Shown here piece by piece: positions 47,412-57,200 of a DNA stretch of 64,000 nucleotides. Each line of letters starts with the position of its first letter. The first letter of the stretch is position 1. The DNA comes from Asterias rubens. Lineage: Eukaryota. The stretch covers positions 8,618,001-8,682,000 of the forward strand of contig NC_047079.1 in NCBI RefSeq assembly GCF_902459465.1. Direction: 5' to 3'. The position numbers were made by a program, and so were the translations under genes. The notes beneath the pieces are model-generated. The model had not been told where the DNA came from, did no database searches, and was given only the letters and a program-made list of their open reading frames with translations.

Positions 47412-48167
47412 GTTCTTGTAAAAGTGTCTGGAAAAATAATATTAAACTTAAATGTGATTTGAGGCATTGTATGGCAAGGTATCACTATGTGTATCTACTT
47501 GCCAGGTAGATTGTCCTTTTGAGAACCTGTCTTACTTTATATTCTACTACTGCACTATACAAATCTTAAATTATATTATAATAATTATTGGTACCGATCA
47601 CAGGAGTAATATGCCTGTGATTTTTTCACAGCACTCGGGAAAGTACTGAGTATATAGTACAAACAGACATTGGTGAAACCAAAATGAATAATATTCTGTA
47701 GTCCAAATGCATATTTAACATCTATTCGATCACAAGCCTTTGATTATTATCACCATTTCACTCTTATTAATTCTGATTTCTGTTTTGACTTGAAACCCCA
47801 GACAGCAGCGGAGATGCGGAATTGGCGAATCCGTCACTCGGTCAGCACCATCGGCGTGTCAATCCTGAGCAGTGCCATCACAACCATCATCGCCTCAATT
47901 CCTCTCTGTTTCACTACCATCCAGATCTTCGCCAAGTTCGGCAAGATCGTCGCCATGAACACGTTCGTCTCAATCTTCTACACACTGACGGCGTGCACTG
48001 CGTTCCTGAGCATCGCGGGACCAGCTAGGTATCAATGGAACCTCAAGTGGTTTGTGTTCAGCGCGTTGGTGCTCTGCGCGCTCATCGGAGCTGTCGTCGC
48101 TGCATTGTTTGTGCTCCACACGTCGGGGGTGTCTATTCCAGGACCCTCTGGGAGTCCTCTCTTCTAA
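32304..48167 (+). CDS. DISP3: Dispatched homolog 3 (PTCHD2)-like RND/SSD multipass membrane protein; 20 coding exons, ~1680 aa
   Basis: Exons join in frame at GT-AG sites (5043 nt including stop). Motifs match recalled vertebrate DISP3: NIFTKERLETIHNIE, VLYGGTQLFDYEV, GIGVDDVFVF (SSD GxxxDD), PDTNLQQLLDL, WKQIFMEIVGV, GWEMGAVEAVSLSILVGSSVDYCIHL, FAKFGKIVAMNT. Exon 1 is less certain than exons 2-20. Confidence 0.93.
33273..33550. repeat. Imperfect direct duplication (~100 bp, period 176)
   Basis: aaaatgctgaatctcaaatccaa...tcaaattgtc...ccccaaact(g/a)tcgtcatctc at 33281 and 33457. Confidence 0.8.
34415..34515 (-). mobile_element. tRNA-derived SINE head (third family); second copy at ~37470-37650
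   Basis: Minus strand A box tggtctagttgg and B box ggttcg(t/a)atcc; cgaacccacgacctttgccaa shared between copies. Confidence 0.7.
34838..36008 (+). CDS. DISP3: DISP3 coding exon 2 (TM1 and start of luminal loop 1)
   Basis: Acceptor tctctgttcctttaccag, donor aag|gtaagt. Contains TM1 IVSIIILFLMTGASLALAGVSVFVV, FDKSLNAFQIPNH, WRIQLVYIAEGD, CIPPNSLMTYFYPS. Alternative in-frame start accaccATG at 34965. Confidence 0.93.
36190..36511 (-). mobile_element. L2-clade LINE 3' fragment in DISP3 intron
   Basis: Minus ORF ...LHSSSDKSALFIPRSKHSWGEWAFSVVTPGIWNNLP..., the L2 RT C-terminal RSS...VPR...GxRAFS...WNxLP pattern. Confidence 0.75.
36579..36719 (+). CDS. DISP3: DISP3 coding exon 3
   Basis: cacag|ATC...GAG|gtaagc; IIYDGVGTELADING...FYWYVD...SKFLRSE; phase 0-0. 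Confidence 0.93.
37197..37315 (+). CDS. DISP3: DISP3 coding exon 4
   Basis: gcccag|GTG...GA|gtaagt; VWFGGPIGEIPN...YKDFVITYIDLL; phase 0-2. A duplicated acceptor lies 87 nt upstream. Confidence 0.9.
37720..37811 (+). CDS. DISP3: DISP3 coding exon 5
   Basis: acacag|T...G|gtacca; KVRVLYGGTQLFDYEVSQTISHDLSLA; phase 2-1. Confidence 0.92.
38278..38457 (+). CDS. DISP3: DISP3 coding exon 6 (SSD TM2-TM4)
   Basis: ttctag|GC...G|gtaagc; hydrophobic VAIFLLLFILTSFSVWLTIWGF...LLNLVSAFVIIGIG; phase 1-1. Confidence 0.95.
38517..38875. mobile_element. Kolobok-type MITE in DISP3 intron 6
   Basis: ttaa-agtcacttgacactattggtaa ... gtccgtgcct-ttaa. Confidence 0.85.
39115..39275 (+). CDS. DISP3: DISP3 coding exon 7 (SSD GxxxDD, TM5)
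   Basis: ctccag|GT...CAG|gtgagt; VDDVFVFVNTF...TAGIATFFTSFTTAGAFAANIASQ; phase 1-0. Confidence 0.95.
39642..39833. repeat. Minisatellite, 4 x 48 bp, grown from a SINE head, just upstream of the exon 8 acceptor
   Basis: ctctgctaaacagagccatgacattgggctcacagctagagtctggtg at 39642, 39690, 39738, 39786. Confidence 0.92.
39891..40018 (+). CDS. DISP3: DISP3 coding exon 8 (TM6)
   Basis: tgacag|ATA...AT|gtaagt; IPAINDFGLFMCLIVSFCWLLVVLIMPCALTLW; phase 0-2. Confidence 0.95.
40105..40175 (-). pseudogene. tRNA-like sequence (tRNA-derived SINE head or tRNA pseudogene), GTT at the anticodon position
   Basis: Minus strand GCTAGATAGCTCAGTTGGTAGAGCGCCGGCACGTTAAACCGGAGGTCGTTGGTTCAAATCCCGCTCTAGTA; perfect D stem, but mismatches in acceptor (7-66), anticodon (31-39) and T stems. 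Confidence 0.6.
40270..40502 (+). CDS. DISP3: DISP3 coding exon 9 (cytoplasmic loop)
   Basis: tttcag|A...A|gtaaga; acidic loop with DIPLLDLEE; phase 2-1 fits both neighbours. Confidence 0.88.
40540..40865 (-). mobile_element. tRNA-derived SINE, second subfamily; related copies at 37950-38120 and 58165-58395
   Basis: Minus-strand tRNA-like head (ggattcaaaccc on plus), gtgtccttgggcaagacac block, and ccacccaggggtaaaagtggtacc core resembling recalled conserved metazoan SINE central domains; TTA tail. Confidence 0.65.
41055..41231 (+). CDS. DISP3: DISP3 coding exon 10
   Basis: tgacag|AC...C|gtaagt; ...LQSILYNCVATPVIKGRWIVV; phase 1-1. Confidence 0.9.
41489..41784 (+). CDS. DISP3: DISP3 coding exon 11 (TM7, start of luminal loop 2)
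   Basis: ttgtag|TT; GYLVIFGVSLGLVVQINPANRPPALYNPDTNLQQLLDLAYNFSGSDIACRSCSG. The 3' donor aag|gtgatg is weaker but gives the phase 0 needed by exon 12. Confidence 0.85.
41831..42448. repeat. Minisatellite, 10.5 x 59 bp in DISP3 intron 11
   Basis: gtgttcaccttctctgattgacaagtccactataagtccactaaaataaaactccacta; period 59. Confidence 0.97.
42765..42885 (+). CDS. DISP3: DISP3 coding exon 12 (Pro/Thr-rich linker)
   Basis: ttttcaccttag|GTG...C|gtaagt; open frame VTPRPPADTLSPDISNPPG...; phase 0-1 bridges exons 11 and 13. Confidence 0.7.
43629..43853 (+). CDS. DISP3: DISP3 coding exon 13: follistatin (FOLN+Kazal) module
   Basis: ttcttgttaaag|GG...A|gtacgt; 225 nt, phase 1-1; TCAEVGPTCEFGSTCDEGDATSEPVCRCIFHCTTDSYPVCGSNGQTYINLCDLRASGCINKQIIHQAHSGAC has 10 Cys and the Kazal PVCGSNGxTYxNxC signature. 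Confidence 0.85.
44190..44476 (+). CDS. DISP3: DISP3 coding exon 14
   Basis: ttttag|AT...GAG|gtgagt; Gly/Ser/Pro linker then CAGGSCGKPAVRPALDNLALVYVVFGI; phase 1-0. Confidence 0.9.
44486..44835. repeat. Imperfect tandem of ~140-150 bp units, each with a minus-strand Pol III B-box
   Basis: gaactg.tggg(g)aatcgaacct.aa.ccca..gttttcttgtggtg at 44486, 44624, 44777. Confidence 0.8.
44892..45024 (+). CDS. DISP3: DISP3 coding exon 15
   Basis: tttcag|GGG...G|gtaaac; GQVVYDNDFN...LCKICKNVAARTELVEEGGAQCFP; phase 0-1. Confidence 0.93.
45242..45390 (+). CDS. DISP3: DISP3 coding exon 16
   Basis: tcaccag|CT...TCG|gtacgt; FSSYVNAIKIKYEECRDLPVPNLL...RVVWFAMAFQS; phase 1-0. Confidence 0.92.
45746..45911 (+). 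CDS. DISP3: DISP3 coding exon 17
   Basis: ttttag|AAA...G|gtacgt; KTFMGQSSFESYKDYNKWE...FQTSSYWKQIFMEIV; phase 0-1. Confidence 0.94.
46022..46060 (-). ncRNA. Minimal type I hammerhead ribozyme, second copy (G12 to A, own core probably inactive)
   Basis: Minus strand GCCT-TCGAGAA-A-GAGTC-tgcta-GGGTC-AAAA-C-GTT-AGGC; direct repeat of 46263-46301, offset 241 bp. Confidence 0.45.
46263..46301 (-). ncRNA. Minimal type I hammerhead ribozyme (variant U3-A8 core), Penelope/retrozyme-like repeat copy with intact core
   Basis: Minus strand GCCT-TCGAGAA-A-GACTC-tgcta-GGGTC-GAAA-C-GTC-AGGC: stem I GCCT/AGGC, stem II GACTC/GGGTC, GAAA, palindromic ACGT stem III, GUC cleavage triplet. Confidence 0.6.
46356..46469 (+). 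CDS. DISP3: DISP3 coding exon 18 (TM8-TM9)
   Basis: cacatag|GT...G|gtaagt; VTSAIYGVAFSLLVCVVAVVIFTAHIGILLIAFLTIG; phase 1-1. Confidence 0.94.
46624..47040 (+). mobile_element. Near full-length tRNA-derived SINE with (ATT)n tail
   Basis: A box gtggccgagcggtt, B box ggttcgaatcc, central gacacttgtgtccttaagcaagacac, body ...gcgccacagcaccttgtaaaccattacatggtgct, tail tattattattatt. Partial copies at 8310-8570 (+), 34515-34690 (-), 39530-39640 (-), 49130-49245 (-). Confidence 0.85.
47158..47324 (+). CDS. DISP3: DISP3 coding exon 19 (TM10)
   Basis: ccgcag|GT...AAG|gtagag; GWEMGAVEAVSLSILVGSSVDYCIHLIEGY; phase 1-0. Confidence 0.95.
47802..48167 (+). CDS. DISP3: DISP3 coding exon 20 (TM11-TM12 and C-terminus)
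   Basis: ccccag|ACA; IGVSILSSAITT...FAKFGKIVAMNTFVSIFYTL...GVSIPGPSGSPLF*. Confidence 0.95.
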   Translation, partial: TAAEMRNWRIRHSVSTIGVSILSSAITTIIASIPLCFTTIQIFAKFGKIVAMNTFVSIFYTLTACTAFLSIAGPARYQWNLKWFVFSALVLCALIGAVVAALFVLHTSGVSIPGPSGSPLF

Positions 48168-48377
48168 AAAAGGAAAATGGAGTTCCTCTTCTTAACTTCT
48201 TAACTATTTCATCTGCGCCCAGTTTCATCAAGCCTGTAAGTTTACATGCTCTACTTATTTAGCGAACTTTAGCTTGGCTACTTTTTCCTAATCACTGCTC
48301 ACTGTAAGCAAAAGACATGCTATCTAGGCATAAACATTCTTTCACAGCAAAAGAAAAGTTGAAGTTTTTCATTTATT

Positions 48378-48620
48378 TGTATGCCCCGCTGGCGAAGCAA
48401 GCAAAAGGGGCATTACACGTTGCTTTGTGTGTGTGTTTGTGTGTGCAATTATTGTCCGAGCGATAACTCAAGAAGGACTTGGCATAACAACTCCAAACTT
48501 AGTGTGTGAATTGCTCTTGGGAGCCCTCAGAAGCCGATTGTTTTTGGACTCCTTCAACAAATATCAAGTTCATAATGGCTACAACAAAAGAAATATTGTC
48601 TAATTATTGTCTCAGCCATA
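48378..48620. mobile_element. Helentron/DINE-like non-autonomous element fragment
   Basis: 5' hairpin atgcccc...ggggcat, then (GT)n microsatellite and gataactcaagaa / caaacttag motifs, an architecture recalled for Helentron-associated elements. Confidence 0.4.
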
Positions 48621-48647
48621 ATCCAAGAATGAGATTAATCTCTCCAG

Positions 48648-48809
48648 CTGTCGATTTCACCAAACTCTTCCTAACTTAGGATTAATCTTAGGACTTAGAA
48701 CGAGTAAAGTTCCGTATTCAAATACGTAGGACGTATTGAACCCATCCTAAGTTAGGACAGGTTACTGATCCTAACTCGAGTTCATCCTAGCGTTTCGTGA
48801 AATCGGCTG
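48648..48809. mobile_element. Harbinger-type MITE family A with CAG duplication, in the DISP3 3' UTR region
   Basis: ctc-CAG|ctgtcgatttcaccaaac ... gtttcgtgaaatcggctg|CAG-g; empty site is CCAGG. Confidence 0.8.
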
Positions 48810-50022
48810 CAGGTCCATTGTGTTTTTCAACACAATATTCTAAACATAAATAATGTTAACATTTATGGCGCTAGAGCTAGGTGCTGTAGACCAGTGCTGC
48901 GGTATAGATAAACAAAACATTGTCTTGTATATAGTCAGGTATGTACAGTAAGGAAGATAGATTTTATATAATATTTAGTGGTTGCCATCAGTCTTTGCTT
49001 ATGAATAGAAGAGTTTACTGCCCTCAAATTAGTGACCGTATTTCTAACGCGCCTTTTTCCAAAGGATTCAAAGCACAAAGTATTTGCTGCAAGGTGACTG
49101 GGTGAAGTTGTAATTATGAGACCTAATCTTTAGCACCATGTAATGGAAGGTGCTGTGGCGCAATATGCTGCCAATCAAACCAGGAACACCGGGGCAAACT
49201 GCTTCTCTTTTCGATAAGTGCACTGGGCTAGTTTACGTGAGTTACAAAAAAAATTAAAGAAGATAAAAAAAACGCAAAAATCTTTAAAAGGATTCGTTTA
49301 ATGAGAGAGTTCCAGTGGCACTTAGTGGGAGCAAACTCTGTTGAAATCTTAAGATCTCGCTAAGCAGCCTAAATAGAGGGGCAGAGCTGCCTGTACACAA
49401 AAAAGTAGCTAAGCACAAAACTAATTTGCTTACCAATAAAAGGTTACCAACCAAGTAGGCCTGGCAACTAAATGAAAACTTACTACTTACGAGTTGTGCT
49501 CCATTGAGCTGTGACTTCAACACTAGTCAGACAAAAATGATTATGCCTTGCATAGCAGCAATGAGCTGGTTACCAGTCAAAAATTAGACACGCTTGCTGG
49601 TAGGGAACCTTATTCTGGGTAAGCACAATTTTGTTGTGCTTAGCAACTTTTTTTGGGTAAGCAGGTTTATGAAACTAGATCACTATCTAACATGCTTAGG
49701 GTATATTTTACTGAATTGTTAAGCTTATATAAATTATTTAAGAGGGAGACTTTGTATTCTTATAGTTTATTTGAAATACTTAGACTAACGTGTGGTTTAT
49801 TGTTTAGTAATTTATATACTCAGAGATTGTTTTATGGAAACAAACTCACTTTGTTGCTTTTATTTAGTGGATATGGACTGTATGTATATTTATATTATCG
49901 TTTTCTTTTTAATATTTATAATGGTGACGCTTTGGGTATGGGTTTTTTTTTGCGTTATAATTTTATTGTTTTTTACTTTATGAATATACTTTTATGTGAC
50001 ATGATGCCAATTTGTTTATGGA

Positions 50023-50028
50023 AATAAA
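50023..50028 (+). terminator. Candidate polyadenylation signal (AATAAA) of DISP3
   Basis: AATAAA ~1.85 kb after the stop, at the end of a very AT/U-rich tract. Other AATAAA hexamers lie nearby (~50160, ~50395), so site choice is uncertain. Confidence 0.3.
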
Positions 50029-53000
50029 TACTATTTAATATATTTTTTATTCTTAAGAATGAAATCAAGGATAAAATTACAAATCAAAATTATTTTTTAA
50101 TCTTTTAAAAATGAGATTATAAAGCTTTGATGACAGAACTTGCCCTCCGCCTCATCATGAAATAAACTGCATACGTTTAATGTATAATTTGTTTTAATGA
50201 CATGTGGTTGCCTTCAGTGGTGATATACCCCACAAATCACAAACTTTCCTGCCTTAAAGAATTGTTTGTTGCAGAACAAAAATTATGTGTAACGGAATGA
50301 TCCGTTTTTGACCATAACAGCGATCAAAGTTCTTGTAAGTTTCTTATGCTTTGATGGATCAGTTGACGTTTAATGTTTTTTAGTCTAGGGATGCTAATAA
50401 AGTTGTTGCTTTTCTTACATGGCCTTACTTTAAAGCCAACTATGCAATAACTTGAGTCATTAGGCAAGACCAAGTCTCCCCATAGAATTTTCACACACGC
50501 TACTAGTCAGCCAAACTTTTCCTCTTAATCTGTTATACCGCCCTCTTGTGGTGGAATGCAACTTCAGTTTGCAACAAACCACTCTTTTATAGAGTTATGC
50601 TGAATTGTGAGTTTGAATTAATTTGATGGTCTGGAATCATTGTTATTTTATCAAACGATGTATGTAAACGCCAAGTTTCTATTGTACTTTTAAAGCTGGG
50701 GTAAAAATTATTGTTTTTTATTTTAATATTGACAAGGCTGCCATTCGCTGTCTCCCGGCTAAAACTTGAAAAACTAAAAATAGATTCTTAAAACCTTCAA
50801 TGTATCGACAAATTTGTAAACTGCGAGTACTGCAAACTTGTGGTAGTTTGATACGACTTTATGTAGTTTGTGTATTAATGTTAATGTGGGCACCCCTTCA
50901 AGACAGAAAAAGTTCAAGATACAATCTTAATCGTTACAAGGAAAATACATGTGTTTTTGTAAGCCGCAAGGGCAATTGACACAGAGTCTAGCAGTTCAAA
51001 ATATGTTTATGTGAAATCAGTCACTTGCCGGTAACGAGGAATTCCAATTAAGTAATTTTTCAAAAACAATTAGGCGAGGGTAATTACATTATGTAAGTGA
51101 ATGCATCCAGTAATGATGTAGCGTTATGAATTAATAGTTGGTCAAAATAAAGACGCAGAACGACTAGTGCACTTTGATTGATCTTGTTCGCTGATAATTA
51201 AGCCTTCCTCTGATTACAATGTAAGGGATCCTATGTGGAATGAAGATTCACACGACATTTCCTCTCTTCTGGCCAACGTGTTGTTTAGGCCAAGTAAAAA
51301 AATATACCAGTTGATCGTCCGGGTTTTTCCAAAAATAGTACGATGAGCGCCTTTTTTTTTTTTTAAAGGTGGCCGCCAAGTTCAATCTGGCCACCATTAC
51401 TTCCGTTTAAAGTCGCCACTTACTTTGTGTGGTTACAAGTTTTTAATAGATTGGTAAGTTAAATGAGAAATACACAGAAAATGTGTCTTTTTTAACAAAA
51501 AAGTAAAACTATAAAATGCGGTAAAAAGGATGAGGGATAGGGACGATCAACTCTTTTTTTTTTTTTTTTTTTTTTGCCTTCGCCTTCGTTTTCATCGTGG
51601 AGTCAAAACTCTCCATCTCTCTAGCGTGCAAGGTCGTCCTGCACGTAGACAGATTCAGACCGGAAATGTTATTGGAGGAATTTGTTCGTCTTCACCTCCG
51701 AATTATTAAAAGGAGTGTTACCTATGCTAAGCGTGTGACCATTTCCCTCTACTGTAGTTACATTTACAGCTGGCAAATCCAAGAGGAAACACACATAAAT
51801 AAATATGGGAGCTCTCGTGCAAGTGGTGAATTAGTGATTTCCCTTCGGCATGTTGGGGGGGGGGGCTGTACTTTCATCTATAGCCCACCCCCAGTATCGC
51901 GAGAGGTGATTCTTAGATCTGTCTATTTCCGCACTGTCAGTCTGTCAAATATGCAACAACTTGCTTAAAATATTTCCCGCTGAGAGAGAAAAAAGTACTT
52001 TGACTTGTTGTAACCATAAAGGGCAAGGACTCTTCTTAGTTCTTATGAAGAAAATAGTGTGTTGATTCCAAAGATGGCAAAGAACAGTCTGCCGTTTCAC
52101 CTAACTATGGCCAGTTAAATTCCGTATCCGAAAGCGTAGGACGCACTCTTCCTAAACCCGAGATAGGATTAATCCTAGCGTTTCGTGAAATCGGCTGCAG
52201 GTCTCTCAAATGGCATCAGTGTAAATTGGGGTCTTGTGAGTGAAGTAGTCAGCTTCTTCAAGTTTAAGTTCAAGTTCAATACTTCCACTCAATCATTTAA
52301 AACACTGAACAAAATATATTATTGCAGGAGAGAAAACTTAATAGAGAAAGAACCACTTTCTCTATAGTGATACCTGTAGGCTGGTGACGTCAAAGATAAT
52401 TAGATGACCAAAATACCCCCCCCCCCCCCTCCTTCGTATCTCAGACACCCTTCAACCAAGTTGCTACAGACTTTGAGACTTTCACCCGGATTTACGTCCT
52501 GGCAATATCAATTTGAAATCCCTTTTAGCAATACATTTATTTACCCCCGTCCCATCCCCACCTGTTCAGGTATTGCAACGAGTAAAGACCGAAGAAGAAC
52601 TCGAAGAGCTTTGAAGATTCCCCCACCTGTTCCCTGCCCGTGCTGTTGCGACGAGCACACACGATGTCGCTTGAGACGGGTACCCCTAACCAAGTCAAAA
52701 GCAACTTGGTCTTAATTTGATGGGAGACCATGATTACTGCTTATGGTACTGAAGTTAATGCGATGACTGACCGAGCGTGGAAGCTATTCATTATAATGTA
52801 GTGAACTAGTCATGCATTTTGCAGACCCGGAGTTAAACGGAGGTCACGGGAACCTTGGTGGTCTTGTTGTGGTGGGACAACATTAGCAGAAAAGAGGGAT
52901 GCACTTTCAGCATCTTTGATAATAGCAGATTTTGAATGTACAGAACAGATGAATGCTCAGGGAGTTTTAAATGGGTCAAGAAATTGTTTGGCAATAAATT

Positions 53001-53507
53001 CATGAAATTGAACAACACTTTTAAAACTCACACCATTATAGTTTCAGGGGGTAGGGTGCGGTCCAAACTGTTGATTCTTCAATTCGGGGGGAAATGGCAC
53101 CCTCGGCTTCGCCTCAGGTGGCATACCCCCCCCCCGCCCCTTGGGTGTACAAAACGCGATGGAAACCGTCCCACATGCAAATTTGTAAAGTTTATTGCCA
53201 AATAATGTTGTTTATACCCAACTCACTAACTCTGAGCATCTGTCCAAGTGTCGGTTGTCGCCAAAAAAATTAATAATAATAAAGACCAGAAAACCTTCCC
53301 TTTTAAATTAATCATGTTTTCCAATAATTATATGGATACACGTATAGGTTATGAGATATGCTATCAAAAAATACAGAATTCTGGATAAAAACTTGTAATT
53401 ACATGACTTTTTTTTTGTAGCGAAAACATTGGATTTTGAAGAAGAGGTGACGACGTGGGCTAGCAGACGACGTTTTGCATGTTATGGAATGCGCAAGTAC
53501 ACATCTG

Positions 53508-53751
53508 GGCCAAATTTCATAGAGCTGCTAAGCACACAAATAATTTGCTAAGCATGAAATTTCTTCCTTGATAAAAACAGGATAACCAACCTAATTTCCA
53601 TTTGTTGCATATTGCTTGTTACTGGTATTCAGCTTTTGTTTTTATTCTAAAAACCACGTGGAAATTTGTTTGGTAATCTTGTTTTTATCAAGGAAAAGAT
53701 TTCATGCTAAGCAAAGTGGGCTAAGCAAAGAGTTGAGCTAAGCAGTGGGCC
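53508..53751. mobile_element. Harbinger-type MITE family H (TIR GGCCCAATTTCATAGAGCT), CTG duplication; second full copy at ~55503-55747
   Basis: ctg|ggccaaatttcatagagct ... gtgggcc|ctg; fragments at ~8620, 11287, 13350, 24690, 37368, 48215, 49660. Confidence 0.8.
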
Positions 53752-54101
53752 CTGTTGATATAGAAAGGGCGACATCTGTCTACTTAAATCAGTGTTCACA
53801 TTATTCCTGTCGCTGAAGACTAGTATGTATAGTAAAGGGAAACCCCCGACGATAATAATTCCCTTTTTTTTAAATAAAGAACAATTCAAAATGTGGAGCA
53901 AGGAAGATCTAATAATAAAGCCTTAGAATTACGCGGGGGGGGGGGGGGGGGTTGACATCTCACTTGTTTTACAAAATAAATAAAATATTTCCAACCCCTT
54001 TATATGTAAGCTAAGTTTTTATTTGCCACCTATAACAGTACGTTTAGAGAATGTGGGGGGGGGGGGGGGCGTCTTGCATTGTGCGTGACCTGACTTGACA
54101 C

Positions 54102-54211
54102 TTTTGCGCATGCGCAAAATAGAAGGAGATGTAAACAGAAAGGATGCACACTGTCAAAAATGTCGTCTGCTAATAAAACTGGAAATGCTTTCTCTGCAAA
54201 CGCCGGTAAGT
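54102..54211 (+). promoter_or_regulatory. Candidate promoter and first exon: NRF1 palindrome, Fox site, ATG, strong donor
   Basis: ttttGCGCATGCGCaaaa (18-bp palindrome containing the NRF1 consensus TGCGCATGCGCA), tgtaaaca, aaaaATGtcg at 54160, CCG|gtaagt at 54205. Confidence 0.4.
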
Positions 54212-54589
54212 ACCGATATTCCTGTTCAGTTTGTTCATGATTATGTCAGGAAAAAGTAATGTGTTAATTGGATTGTATTGATAACTTAAAAGGGCAATTT
54301 TAGGCAACCAAAGTTGTCGGTTGTTGTGTAACGTGAAATGTCTAAAAAGTGCCCAGTGTTCGTACGTCCCGTACCGTTGACTGTGTACACTCGGCCCATT
54401 GCCATGCTTGCAATACACGCTCATCAATTACTACCTTTCCAGTCCTGACAGGGCATGCAGTGGGGCTACAACAGCATCACGAATGTTGACAGTATCACAA
54501 TTTGTGTAGCTTATAAATCCTTAATAAAGGATAAATGTTGTATGTGTTTGCAGAACGCCAGGTACATGACAATATTTTCTTGTGATAAA

Positions 54590-54766
54590 TTTGGGAACGT
54601 CTCCCGATCTCACCCTGCCCATCACTGTTGCTGTGGCCCATGTATTATTTGGGAACGTCTCCCGATCTCACCCTGCCCATCACTGTTGCTGTGGCCCATG
54701 TATTATTTGGGAACGTCTCCCGATCTCACCCTGCCCATCACTGTTGCTGTGGCCCATGTATTATTT
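54590..54766. repeat. Minisatellite, 3 x 58 bp
   Basis: tttgggaacgtctcccgatctcaccctgcccatcactgttgctgtggcccatgtatta repeated. Confidence 0.95.
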
Positions 54767-55859
54767 AATTCATAGCTAGAAACATGACCCTGTTTTGTAG
54801 TGTTTGATCATAGAGCTTATTTGGTTTGACCATGGGGGAATAAGAACCCTCCATGGTTTGACTCCGCTAGTCTAAGCCATGAGAGTTTTTACTCCCTCTA
54901 GAAAACTTAATAAACACTTGCGATCTCTGGCTGCACTCTGTGTTTCAAACAAAGTCACCCTTGCAATACACTGCTGCATCCGATCATCCCAACTCAGCTG
55001 TCTGACTGAGGCTAAAATTGCAAACTTAAAGCTTTACGTAAACTTCAGGAAATCACAAAGAATTTTAGTCAACACAAAAGCTAAGACCTCTGTTGCTCTG
55101 GTCTTTGCCTCTTGGTACTCCTTTTTTAAAGATTCTCCTTTGGAAGTGCCGTTTGTGAAGTAAAATGAAAATGACTTTGCCCCTTTAAGCAGTATTTAAA
55201 TTTCACCTTTCCGTTTTGGGTTACTGCCCTTCCTACCCCTCCCCCACCCCTAAACAAAAAAAGAATTACCACTTGGGAAAGAAAAAACAGACGAGACTCT
55301 GAATTGAAGGGTATTTTATTTTATTTGCTTCCTTTTTTTTGTTTACTCCAGATGGATCGCATTGCCCTGGATTGTTCATCTCACGAATATTATGAATTTA
55401 TTAAATTCAATGACTAGACATCTCACTATTCATCAGTTTTGGACATCACCGCTTGAAATTATAATGGTGAGTTCCCAAACTTATAAATACTCTCATCACC
55501 AGGGTCCAACATCATAGAGCTACTAAGCACAACAATTTGCTTAGCATGAAATGTTTGCCTTGGAAAAGCAGGATTTCCCGACCAAATTTCTATGTGATTT
55601 TCAAGATAAAGCATACAAAAGCTGAATATCAGTAACTAGGAAATGCAACAAAGTGAGTGGAAATTTGGTTGGTAATCCTGTTTTTATCAAAGAAAAAATG
55701 TCATGCTCAGCAAATTTCCGTGCTTAGCAGCTCTAGAAAATTGGGCCCTGTGTGTGTTTAAGAAATCAGTCAATGTGAATCTTATGTCTATAATGCCACT
55801 CATTAGAGACTACAAAGAAAGGTTATCATTTACATGAAGACTTCATAATATAAACATTT

Positions 55860-57200
55860 TTAATTTAAAAACAATATTGAAGCAGCAGTGAAAAAAATCA
55901 AGTGGTTTAGTATTTTAGGTGATATAAAGTATCAAACTGATATGCACCACACTTTTCTGCAATTTTCCCCCATGATGTTACCCCTTCTACTTCAAATCTT
56001 AGGCCTACATACTAAAAAAAACAGTTTCTCGTTTTGGCTTTTTACAAGAAAGATGGAGGCCACATTTTAAATCTATGATAGCATTTTTGTTATCCAACTG
56101 GACAGGTCAAATCCCTATTTCTATAATTCCACTCATTAAAAAATATTACCATTACATGGAGATGAACATATAAATCAAAATAAACAAAAATTTCTTTGTT
56201 TTTCAATGAAACTTTATAATTATAAAACTTAAAAAACAAAGCAGCAGTGAAAAAAATAAAGAGGTTTGGTATTTTAGGCGATCTAAAGTATCAAACCGAA
56301 ATATGCACTCCACTTTTCTATCTTTCAGGATCCGCCCCCAACATGTTACCCCTTCTACTTCAAAATGTGTCTAAGGCCTACATACTAAAAAAAACGGTTT
56401 CTCATTTTGGCTTTTAACAAGAAAGAATGAGGCCACTTTAAATCTATGATAGCATTTTGTTAGCATCTCTTGTTTATCCTTCAGGACCCACCCCCAAAAT
56501 GTTACCACCTTCTTCCCTTCCAATCTGTATCAACCCAAACATGCACCCCACTTTTCTGCCTTTCATAATCCGCCCCCAACATTTGACCCCTTCGACTTCA
56601 AAATGTGTATCTTAAAGGCCTACCAAAAAAATTTGTTTTATTGTTTTGGCTTTTTACAAGAAAGAAGAAGGCCACTTTTTAAATCCATGATAGCATGTTT
56701 GTACCCATCTGATCAACTCCCTATAATGCCACTCGATCAAAAAAGTGCTCAAAATAAATTTGTTCCCGTTTTATTTTGAAGCAATATTAAAGCAGCAGTG
56801 AACAAAAAAGTGGTTTAGATTTTGAGGCGATGTTAAATATCGATTAAAAATATGCACCCCACATTTCTGCCTTTTAGGATCCGCCCCCAATGTGTAACCC
56901 CCTTCTACTTCAAAGTCTTAGGCCCAAATCCTTGAAAAAACAGTTTATCATCTCAGCTTTAGAAAAAAAAAGGAGGAGGCCATTTTTTAAATCCAAGATT
57001 TGACCCAACTGGCTAGGTCAACTCACTTTCCCTAATCACATGTATATTGCCACTCATTAAAAACTGCTCAAACAAGAGTTGGCTTGTAGGTATTTGAAAA
57101 TGTCTATCTGATGTCTATATTGTAAAAAAAAAAAACATTGACGCAAAGCAGCAGTGAAAATAAAAGTGGTTTAGTTTTTTAAGTGATCTAGAGTATCGAT
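55860..57200. repeat. Degenerate satellite, ~360-bp units
   Basis: aagcagcagtgaa..aaa..gtggttt anchor at ~55881, 56241, 56791, 57148; each unit contains tatgcacc...ttacccccttctacttcaaa. Confidence 0.75.

Noticed and set aside
49653-50027. 124-aa hydrophobic ORF
   Set aside because: Non-ATG start, extreme AT/U richness typical of a 3' UTR, no recognisable motif.
52560-53003. Candidate exons (plus VLQRVKTEEELEEL*, plus PGVKRRSREPWWSCCGG..., minus KLFEFFFGLYSLQYLN resembling POT-family TM12)
   Set aside because: Mutually exclusive readings on both strands, none joinable into a consistent model.
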